DNA of 64,000 nt, from the NCBI GenBank assembly GCA_012295275.1, contig CM022679.1:19964001-20028000 (forward strand), given 5' to 3'. The notes under the pieces were generated by a model, which saw only the letters and a list, made by a program, of their open reading frames with translations, was not told where the DNA came from and made no database searches. Positions 27,601-38,505 of this stretch are shown here, piece after piece. This stretch comes from Chrysomallon squamiferum. Lineage: Eukaryota > Animalia > Mollusca. How positions within the stretch are numbered: the stretch's first letter is position 1; every line of letters starts with the position of its first letter. The position numbers and the translations under genes are program-made.

Positions 27601-28944
27601 AATGTGACTCCCTGAAAATGGACTTAAGCTTACTGAAGTAAATACTTCGTCTCTGCACTACTCATTTGTCTAGCCTAAGGGAGCAACTGGCTTCCATCCT
27701 TTAAAGTATAAAGTTTGATGATTTGGTTAACTTCAGTATACACAGTATAAATCACTTTAAAAGTCAACAACAACAATAACAAAAATAATGATGATGACGG
27801 TAATGATGATGCTAGGTTTAATACAGGCACCAGCCTTTATCAGACTGTATTACCTCTAAAATAATTTCCTTGTGAATTATCTTAAAAGACAAATCAATAT
27901 CATATTTTTAAAAACTCATTCAAGTAATTCTTTGCATGGTCATCTTGCTAAATAAGATCTGTGATACTTTATACGACAGTTTTTGGTTTCTTCTAGGACA
28001 AAAATGACAAATAATTGAAAAACTGAAAGAAAAACTCCTTAATTGAATTTACCTTTCCAAATAACAATAACAGTTTTAATATAAATTTTTCTTTGAATCT
28101 AACTTTACAGTATTAATCATAAACATTAAATATAACATTCTGTATTTTCAGAAGACACACTAAAGGGCACAAAAAAAAGCAGTGAAAGTAAATATTATTT
28201 TGGTATTATTACATATTTTATTTTATGAAGGACTAATGGTTTAGAATAGTTTGAAAAATGAGAATTATTGTCAGATGATGTAAATCTAAAACAAGAAAAG
28301 AAATGAAAGAAAGAAAATCCAGTTTTCAGAATAGATAGACTCTGGTTTTGTTAGGTTTCATTATGTGGTTTACTCAGGTGAAAATGTGTAGAAACCAAAC
28401 ATTGCTTGTTTTGTTAGACTGCCTTTTATTGTAGATCTGTGTTAGATAAGGTAGACTGCACTGTTAGCAGGAACTCATTAAAGAAATGTTTTGTAATTTA
28501 TTTTCTTTCCAGAGAGAACCCAAAGAAAAAGAAAGGTACAGCTATAATTTTTTTAATTTATTATATTGTCACAAAGGGAGTATGTCATTTCATTAATAGT
28601 AAATTTATGTTAAATTTATGTGTAATCATCCTAAAAATAAAATAAATGTTTTGTCAACTTTCATTTTATGTAATTAAATATGCAAATAGTTCAGTGAGAA
28701 TAAGACAGTATGCAAATAGGTTTGTTGTTTTTTCTCTCATGTTAATGCTATATTACCACTGTAAAGAAATGCTGTAACAGCAAACATTAGTAAAATAATC
28801 AATTGTTAAACATTTTAGAAAAAACGATTGCACACACCAACACCACCGCCTCCCGAAACACTCAATGACACTTACAAGTATCGTCGGTCGAGAAGAACCA
28901 AAACGCTGTCAAGTAGGGGTTTCATGAGAAACCCTTACGTTTAG
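24666..28944 (+). CDS. Small basic AT-hook protein (HMGA-like DNA-binding motifs, no acidic tail), 6 exons, 88 aa
   Basis: Exons 24666-24678 (13 nt), 25945-25983 (39), 27159-27188 (30), 28152-28187 (36), 28513-28535 (23), 28819-28944 (126). All introns are GT-AG with phases 1,1,1,1,0, giving a 267-nt open frame: MAPTENRSGRKRGRPRKEQPKRGRPKKKDTLKGTKKSSEKRTQRKRKKKRLHTPTPPPPETLNDTYKYRRSRRTKTLSSRGFMRNPYV*. It has two AT-hooks (RKRGRPRK, PKRGRPKK) and 33/88 residues are K or R. Confidence 0.72.
25150..25660. mobile_element. Possible non-autonomous element in intron 1 of the AT-hook gene
   Basis: CpG-rich block with a (GT)n tract near one end and CTTTAATAATATACTA near the other (Helitron/Helentron-like end). 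It is bounded by GGTATC(G/A)CAATCTG(A/T)CAA direct copies at 25154 and 25642. Confidence 0.3.
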
Positions 28945-29655
28945 TTCAGGTGAAATTGTTTACTGTACATTTTATTTAAAGTCAAGTTCATTTTTGAGGT
29001 AGCACTCTAGTTAAAGTGAAATTATTTCTATTATAAAGCCTGTATTTGTTTTAAACAGTATTGTCAAACCTCTTTAAAACACAAACATTGGTGTTAATAT
29101 TGTTTTGGCATTAAAGTGACTTTGGGTAACAATAAATTTTCTCAGGTTATGAATTATTTCAATACTGACCCAAAAATGTACAGTGCTTTGTCCACTTCTC
29201 TTAGAAAATAACATAAAAAAAGGCTGAGATATAAACTGCTTTATTTAGATAAGCTGGCAAGTCAGAAAAAACAAATCATTGAACCCAGATTGTCATTTGC
29301 ATGCATGTTTTACAAAATACTCTAATGAATAATGTGTAATATGTAATACTTGCTTGTATTTAAAAAATCTGAAACAATTAAATAGCAAAATAATGTTTTT
29401 TATCATGAAACAGTTTGCAAATTGATGGTGGTTTATCAGGTAATTATCTATGTGTTTACATCAGTAAATTTATGTATTCAGAAAACTGGTGGTCAAGCAT
29501 TGTCAGGACAGAAAACAGGGATAGCATCAAACCAGGGGACATTATAAAGAGGTTTGACCAGAATTCATTTTATGTAATGAAATTTAGAAAAACAAACAAA
29601 GTGGTATTTTAAAAATTGCAAACTGTAACACAAATACATAATTGAATTTTTGTAG

Positions 29656-29835
29656 AAACAAAGAAACAATCTGACTTGTTCTCAACAAAGAAAGCAGAAC
29701 TTTTCCATCTGGCAGACAACACCTAGAAAAGGGCGACTCATCCTCTTCCATCCTACAGGAACTGGGCTGACATCACCTGCACATGGAGACCCATCTTCAT
29801 CTGTCGCTATTCACCATCAGCATGATGTCAATTAG
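29656..29835 (+). CDS. Candidate alternative terminal exon of the AT-hook gene (59 aa C-terminus), or 3' UTR exon
   Basis: Acceptor TTTTTGTAG|AAA at 29655/29656. The phase-0 open frame KQRNNLTCSQQRKQNFSIWQTTPRKGRLILFHPTGTGLTSPAHGDPSSSVAIHHQHDVN* is compatible with the phase-0 donor at 28535. Confidence 0.4.
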   Translation, partial: KQRNNLTCSQQRKQNFSIWQTTPRKGRLILFHPTGTGLTSPAHGDPSSSVAIHHQHDVN

Positions 29836-30285
29836 CTATGAAGTCAATTCTTCATCCGTTGCTATTCCCCACTAGCAACAGTGATGTTCTCAACCATCAG
29901 CATGATGTCAATTCTTCATCCGTTGCTATTCCCCACTAGCAAAAGTGATGTTCTCAACCATCAGCATGATGTCAATTAGCTATGAAGTCAATTCTTCATC
30001 CGTTGCTATTCCCCACTAGCAACAGTGATGTTCTCAACCATCAGCATGATGTCAATTCTTCATCAATTCTTCATCCAGTTGTTCTCAACCATCAGCATGA
30101 TGTCAATTCTTCATCCGTTGCTATTCCCCACTAGCAACAGTGATGTTCTCAACCATCAGCATGATGTCAATTCTTCATCCATTGCTATTCCTCACTAGCA
30201 ACAGTGATGTTCTCAACCATCAGCATGATGTCAATTAGCTATGGAGTCAATTCTTCATCTGCCGATATTTCCCTGCCAGTGACAG
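29794..30285 (+). repeat. 64/80-bp unit minisatellite with an internal inverted repeat
   Basis: Unit CATCAGCATGATGTCAATT[AGCTATGAAGTCAATT]CTTCATCCGTTGCTATTCCCCACTAGCAACAGTGATGTTCTCAAC. GTGATG anchors lie at 29881, 29945, 30025, 30140 and 30204. Confidence 0.95.
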
Positions 30286-30435
30286 CAGAGTTCCTTGTGA
30301 TGTGCTGTTGGATCTCGCCCTCTTTCACTGACATTTCCCCGCTTTGCCAGGAATACAAACATTCTGCAAAATATCATAAATATTAACTTTTTTGGAAAGG
30401 AGTTGAGAACTATTTTTCTTTGGCCAATTTTATTC

Positions 30436-31805
30436 TTTATTTAGTTTTGAAATATATTTTATCTTTGGCTATGACAGGTTTATGCCTTTTGCCACTTTTG
30501 AGAATTAAAATATATTTTTTGCATTTTTGGTTTCTTTTTAATTTTAGATACTGTTGTTTGAATAAACAAAAAAAAAAAAAAAAAAAAATAATAATAATAA
30601 TAATAATAATAATAATTAAAAATTAAAAAATAAAAGTCCCTTGGGTGTCATTGAATATTAGTTACCCCATTTTATTTTTTTATCTTGAGCATGGTTTGAT
30701 TGTATATATATTACAATCAATCTTTGAAATCAGTCATTATGCAAATGCTCAAACAAATGAGTCAGACACAACCATGAAATAAACAAAATAGTTGAAAATT
30801 CCAGCTACTTAACAAAATAACTGAAAATCATGACCAGGCATTACATAAAATGACTAAAGTGCTCTCTCTAATACTACACCACTTGAATCTTAATGTAACA
30901 CTTTATGTAAACTCAAATCATGGATGATAACCAGCCTGAGTCACACAATTTTAGTTCTGCTGTGAATTCATTTCCATTGTCACTGGGGAATAGATGGGCA
31001 CCAGTGAGAAGGAATTTATCAGGCAGGTGATCAGCGACCTCTACAGCATGATTTGAACTTAGGGCTGGAAGAAGACACCGTTATTCAGGTTTTGATAGAT
31101 AAAAATCAACTTAAATAAATTTTGGACCATGGACATAAATGTGATCAAAATGTCAGCTGTGGAAAAGGATGGGTACACTGAGTAGGGCAGTCAGTTAACT
31201 AATAGGCACACATTAACTGGAAAAAAGAATCCTCAAACAGAATTCAGGATATTCTGGTGTATTGATATGTATGTATGTACATGTGTACACACACACACTC
31301 ACTCATATATTCATACACACACACACACACATAATTTCTATGCTGTGTATACTGTACTTTTAAATGTGATAATAATGTAATAATTGTAATATTAAACTGA
31401 TATAATACTGTACTTTGTTAAGCAAAACCAAGTGGCTGAGTATATTAATATACATGTATGTAGCAATACTGCATTAATAAACTGAATTTTTGAAAGTACT
31501 TTTAAATTTATTTAAGCAACTATACTGAAAAAATAAATGACGTGCCAACTTTTCCAAATTTGTATAGTGCCATTTCTTCCAGGTGCCATTATTTCCTACA
31601 CCCACTTTGAACACCATCTGAGAGTAAATGCATTCTCAGGTTTGATAGCACATTCTGATATGGCATGTTGTACATTTCAGCAGTTGAGTTTCCAATGATA
31701 TTGGTTGCTGTTATACATGAATGAGGGCACTAGAAGATTCATAAATGCGGCCATCAGTTGTTTCTGTTTTGTTTTGTTCTGGGTTTTTTAGCTGGGTATG
31801 GATGT
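30436..31805 (+). repeat. Long direct repeat, copy B (~1.4 kb)
   Basis: Collinear with 22362-23895, offset about 8.0-8.1 kb. Confidence 0.97.
30920..31077 (-). pseudogene. Decayed rve-type integrase fragment, copy B
   Basis: Same SDNGNEFTAELKL-containing fragment as in copy A. Confidence 0.7.
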
Positions 31806-33859
31806 CTGCTAAATTCTGGAATTACTCATTTTACCAGGAAATTTATCCTTTGTCATCATTAGCACCAGTTAGATAATGTTCATAGCAAAAGCCTGAAAAC
31901 ACAGTGAATATATGACAAAGATAAAATATTTAAATAAAATATATAATTATATATACAGACTTATTTCTGTAGTTAAATGATATTTGTACCTCTTTGCACA
32001 CACTCACTGATAGATAGAAACTCTATTTCTCTAACTTATTTTTATTTTTACACTAATTAGAAAAATAAATGTATTATTCCACTGTTACTAATTGGTTAAT
32101 TCTAAGTGCATCTCTGATTAATAAAAAAATAAAATAATAAATAAAACAAAATCTGTCAAAACAACAAGGATCAAGACTGAGTATCTTTGATGGAAATGGG
32201 AGGGATATGTAGAGGGATGGCATTTATGAACAATTTCTATTTTGCTGTGGAGTCGGACACAAACTATTTTATCAGAAATCAAGAACTAGATGTTCAGGAA
32301 GACTCAAGTATAAGTCCTAGTACTGAGAAATATTATGAGAAAAGAAGATATTTTGAATATGTAAACAAAAATGAAACATAAAATAAAAACTTTATTCGAT
32401 TTAAATATAAATCAACCGAATTTATTAAGTTCTTTTCTCTGATTGGATGCCTGGGGCCACCACCCCTTTGGCTCCTGCCTCTGTACACCACTGCCTGAAT
32501 ATGCACTGAAAAATACAGATCTCTATTTTTGTTGAAAAGGAATTGTAACTCAGTTTTAACAGAAAAATATTGTCACCCCAGAGTGGCTTCCCTTGTAAAT
32601 CTACTCATTAATTTAGATGTATGTTGTCGATATCCAAGTAATCTGGTAGTTTGTCCTGCACCTCCAACAAACAGCGACTCATTCTCCTCCACTAAGAGTG
32701 CAGCTTCTCCCTACCCAGCTGACCATTGATTCTCTCCAAATAAATAAATGTTCAGTGTTTGATAGCTGGTTTGTTTTATGAAAAGAAAAAGAAAATGGTT
32801 TATTTTACTGACTTATTATTGTTAACATTAAGAATAGTTTTTGAAAATTGTAGAAATTAATCAGGTTAAAAAATAATATAGATAGATATATCCTGCTTAT
32901 TTAATACTAGATAAGGACATCTATTAAAAACCATATTATATTATCCTACATCATTTCAACATTATTTTTTTTCCTTGAAAACTTAATGAAGCTGCTGTAG
33001 ATTTATTATAATGAAATTATAATATATAAAACAAAAACAAAAACCCAAAATCATAAATTGAAAAATATTTTCAGAAAGCATATTAAGGAAAAAAAAATAA
33101 AAAAAATTCATGTAATACACACATAATATTTAAAACATACTAGAAATAACAGTAACCGTACAAGGATCAGATTTAGTGAAACATGCTTCTTGAGCAGATT
33201 ATGAAATTTGAAACTCATCTCCATTTTTGAAACACAGGGACTGGGATACATCTGGGAGAAATACCTATATAATAATAAATATAATGAACAAAAAACAAAA
33301 CCACACACACACAACAAAAACCAACAAGAAAACCATCATTAAAAATCCCCAAATTAAAATTATTTCTGCCTCTCTGGAAACATCATGGAAAAAGTCAATA
33401 AAATTATTCATTATTTATGATGATAATTTGAAACATAGGAAGCACTGGTGTACTGACTGCAACAGAAGAACATGTTTAGTTTCTTATGGTGCTGTAATCA
33501 CAGATTTATACTAAGGGATTAGAAGAAACCATAGAAAGTAGCTATGTCTTCTTAATCCATTTGCTTATGTAATCACAAAGCAAGCTGGAATAAACCAAAA
33601 CTAATTACCAGAACCTTTTGTTCATAATATTCAAATATGCAAATTTTCTATAAGAATGTTTACTCTGAAACTACAGCAAAAGTTGAATATAAAATTATTG
33701 TATAATAATAAATAATTAACATTAAGAAATTATTTAAATCATTATAATCCTTGTTTGTTCTTAAAATGTAATTTTATCATTAATTAAGATCCAGATCATA
33801 TATACAAATGTCAACAATAAAAACTGAACCATTTCAGTCAATCTGTGAAATGGCTGTGC

Positions 33860-34311
33860 TTCAAAGGTCACATGTATGTGCACAAGAAAGACTGGATTCA
33901 CTGAGTCCGCCACAGTAAACATTCCAGTGAATGTAAAGGTGCTCTCAGATGCAGCTTTACCTTCTGAGAAGTCAGGATCTTTTGTTGATCACAACCAGCT
34001 TCAGCTACGACAATACAGTTTCAAAAAGATGAATGAACATCTTGAAAAAATTGGATTGAGGGATTCCACAAAAACGTGGAGTACTGCAGCATCAGAGGTA
34101 CCTCCAAACTTTCTGCAGTCAAATTCCTCAGGAAGAAATTCAGATTGATTGTAAACCAGTGTTGTAAGTGTTGTTGTTAATATATATGCTTTTGTTAAAT
34201 GAGCAAATAAACTTCCTTATTTGATGTAATTTTCACTTGACTGGTGCTGGGCAATTGTTCATTTTTTTACTTTTGGTTGAGCAAATGTCCAGTGAGCAAT
34301 GACCTAGCACC
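33860..34311 (+). mobile_element. Probable Mutator (MULE) transposon remnant
   Basis: Broken frames give KGHMYVHKKDWIH*...SECKGAL...DHNQ (FLYWCH-like) and IEGFHKN (like the NNxxEGWH motif of MULE transposases). GG-terminated inverted repeats GGTGCTGGGCAATTGTTCA / TGAGCAATGACCTAGCACC lie at 34243-34311. Confidence 0.4.
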
Positions 34312-35824
34312 ACTGCAGACTCTTTGTGAAATAACTGATTTAGACATTATGCAAAATGACCTGTTCACAGATAGACTGTAGCAGTCATGGATATTTAATT
34401 TCAACATATAACCAGTTAGTGCACTGTAATTTACTTCTCTGTAAAATACATGAAATATTAAATATCCAAGTTCATATTTAAGACCAAGATTTGGTTTGTG
34501 TACATTAAAAAGAATTCTATGAAATGTAGAGCTTAAATATCCTTCTTAAATTTTGATACAGAAGAATTACATTGTATTTTATGTGTAGAAGATAAAAAGG
34601 AATATTAAATATTCGTATGCAGCACATTTAAATAATATGTATAAAAACTAAATATAGAGGTAAAGTAATAAATAAGGAAAATGATATTTTTAAATTTTTT
34701 TAATTCTGTTAAACAACAAAGTGCATCATTTTTGGTCTGTGGAATATAAAATGGAATATAAAATATCATAAATCTGAGAGCATAATTATAATAAATATCA
34801 AATAGTCATAAAAAATAAATGAGCAGGTAAAAATATTAAAAAATAATGAATGTATTTTTTTTATAGATTTTAATGGATGCATCCACATCTTTATGGGCTA
34901 TAAAATATCAGACATTTCAGAGATGAAAGTGCATATTCAAATAACATATTAGTTATATTAAAAAGCAGTTTATTAAAAATGCAGCCAGTGAGAAAAAAAG
35001 TGTAGGAAGTGCAGAGAAATGATGCAGTGTTTGTATGATAAACTTAGATTCACGTATGATCACATTGCTGTTTTCTGGGTTACATATTTTATTCTTTTCA
35101 GTTGTTGATTTAGTTTATGGTGTGAGGTAGAACTAAGGTGGTTTATGGGTTGTTGTTTTTTTTAACACATTTCACATATCTTTATACAATATTGCAATAA
35201 TAATAGATTGGAGTTTTATGTGTATATCACTGAACTGTAGGCTCAAGAAAACAGTCAACAATTTAATCTTAAAAATAGAACTGAATAAATGTGTGTTTAT
35301 ACACATCAAAACATTACATAATGTTGAGAGTAAAATCATTACATAAACTGCAAGTACCATGCAGTGTTTTATAGAAGTAATAAAGAATCTATTCATTAAT
35401 AAAGAATTTTGTCTTGTTATTGTCAAAGATCTGTGATATCAGCATTTGACAAAGAGGCTTGTAAAGAAAAATCTGTCTCTGGTTTTTCCGGTTATACTGA
35501 TGGGAAGTAAAAAGTACAGAATGTTTATTGTGTAAATTTCTTTAAATTTGAATAACAGATCAAATTTTAAACGACAAACAAAAAACACTTCCACATTTTA
35601 TCAAGTTTTTAAATTTCTTATTTAAATTTTATTTTTATTTTTTTATTAGAAGCATAGGATATTTTAAATGCATCATCCTATTAACAGGAAAGCAAATGCC
35701 AGTGATGTGAAGAAGGGTGCATTCTGTCAAAGACTAATCTTGTCATCATTGTGCCTCAACACATACTTCTTCATACTATTCATTATTAAAATAAATAATA
35801 ATAAACAAAATAATACTTTCATAA

Positions 35825-38470
35825 TTTATTTGAGTTTTTAAGAAATGACACAAAATATACAAATAAGTCTAAATGCCAAAAGGAGATTTTGGATACATGA
35901 GGGAATGTGAAATGACTTCACAGGTGATGAATATTAAACATGATTCCAGTCCTACATGTTCTAGGTTCATATTTAAAAAAAAAAAAAAATTGTTAAATAC
36001 AAAATGTCTAAATAACTTGTACTCTTAACAGTGAAACAAGACTGGCCTGCATTTACTTGCAGTAATTCCTGAGTCACAACATTCTGCCACATCAACAAAA
36101 CATTTATTTTCGTTGTTTATTCACCTACAATATTAATAACACAATTGTTTTATTTCTTTCTAAATCAAATACAAAATAAAAGACACTGCAATTTTCAGTT
36201 TTTTCACTAGAGTAACAAAACTACAACTGTGACCCAGTTATATAATGGCTTTTTAAATCATTACTGAAATTCCAACCATGAGAGAAAAAAGTCTTAAAAA
36301 GAATATTGTATAGTTTAAGTGCACTTAAATTTGTTTTAAATTTGTTTGTTCTAATTTAAAACCTGACTAAAAATACAACAATCACAGAAATAACAAATAC
36401 CAGTTCTTTTCCAGTAATGCTTTTGAACTCTTTCTGAAATTAATAAATATATATTTGATTTTACTAGTAGTAGTAGTATTTTATACATACCTACTTCTAA
36501 AATTCTGCAGCCAAAAATTTAAATACATTTTAGATATTATTAGTTGTAGCCAAATATTCTTTATTAAATCAAATTAACAAAAGATGAAATTTATTCTGAG
36601 TCACAGTGTCAGTTGAGAAAAGGAAATTAAATCGGTCCACTATACAAAATGAATGTCCTATCAATATATATCTAAATAATGCAAATGCGTTTTGTTTTTT
36701 ATCTGTTTTTTCAAAACATGAATTTAAAATTGTTCTTCCTAATATGATGATTATAAATTTTTCTGTCATCATGCTTATCAGAAATCAGTAAAAATGAAAA
36801 AAAAAAAAGAAGAAAAAATTCTTTTATAAACTGTACTGTTACAAATGAATTATTTATATTTTCAAAAATCAAACAAGCAGGTGATAAGAGAAAACTGAAA
36901 AAAAAAAGTCTGATATTGAAATTTTAATGCTATTATCAAAGCTACAAAAATAAATGCTTTGCTCTTTGCTGTATTATTCACAACTGTTTAATAAAATATA
37001 CTACAGTAATGATGACAGTACAACACCAAGGAAACAGGTAAAAATTATCATCATCTCCAGAATTTATTATAATCATTTTGCATTGATTAAAAACTTGGCC
37101 ATATTTTATCAATCACATTTTAATACCCTGATCAATTTGGCTGCCAAAATGAATGAGAAAAATGACTGAAATGGATGACAAAATTTATAAAATTAAAAAA
37201 AAGAAGAAAATCATTTCTCTTGTATCCTATAGCTGATCCAAATATATTTCATAAATAAATATTATTGCAAATAAAAATACTGGTATTTTGTATCACTTTA
37301 TTTATATTAACTGCCTTATGAACCATACAAGTTTGAATTATTAACACAATAAAGATATTATAATTAAAAGATGTTAAAATTTCATTATTTAAATGTTCCA
37401 AAAATAAAAATAATACAGCTTGTTGGAATTTATTTCATAAACAATTTAAAAATGAAGAAAACATTTTAAAAATTTATTATATTTATGAAATTACCCTTGA
37501 TAGCAAACATTTAATAAAACTATGGTAATGTGACTTAAGCTATATTTTTTTTGTGAATGGTGCTGCTGCCAAATTTCCAACTGCCACAAAAATGTGACCA
37601 ACTCCTGTTGTTTTAACAGTTAATAAATAACTTTAATAAACCAAAGAGAAGATATGTAATCAGTCTGCACAGTACAGTCAAGAATTAAAATATTTCATTT
37701 CTATTCATACTGATGATGTCATGATTTTTTTTGGGGGGATGGTGTCTTTTTTTAATAAAAAAATAAAAACCAGTTTGAAAGAATTATGAAGTACTGGATT
37801 ATTTATTTAATAATCTGTCTGTCATTTTTAGAACAGAAACAAAAATGGCCATTTAGACAAGATCATATTTCCTCATCAAATAATCTCACATACATTTTAT
37901 TCTAGCAATACTAATACTTATTAACCTTTCCCACATTAAAAACACAAACACAAACACATGCACATTGGTAAAAATTCAAATTTCTTGGCAACAAATTCTT
38001 TTCCATGCCAGACATTTGTCACATTCAATGAAAATTTGGGGTTCATGATGTTTTCCACTCATAAATATTTCTTTCATAAGATAATCAATTTTTTCAAATA
38101 AAAATATTCTTGACTAGTATGATGATGATTACAATGACACAGCAAACTAATTCAAACATTTGGTAGCAATAATTTAGTAAATGAAGCCATTAACATTGTT
38201 CAAGCAATTTAATTAAAGTACATAATTATTTAGTAGAATTATTCCTTCACTGATTTGTTTTTAAATATTCAGAATGATTACAAATGTAAAATAAAATTTA
38301 GCTTATTGTAGACAGGTTAGCAATCTTCACAAACAAAAACAACAACAAAAAATTAAAATTGGTTACTATGAAAACTGCTGGAGAAAGGGTATATAACACA
38401 ACACACAAAATGAAATTATCACAACTAATAATGAAAGCTGGTACCTTGCAAGCAAATGTTATTTTAAAAA

Positions 38471-38505
<35 letters not shown>

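Noticed and set aside
29794-30285. CRISPR-like appearance (palindromic repeat units)
   Set aside because: The intervening sequences are themselves repeated rather than unique spacers, there are no cas genes, and the context is eukaryotic. ORF 30204-30386 is just repeat read-through.
22362-31805. LTR retrotransposon interpretation of the direct repeats
   Set aside because: No TG...CA ends, TSD, PBS/PPT or gag-pol. The interior has a spliced gene, and the integrase fragment lies inside the repeats, not between them.
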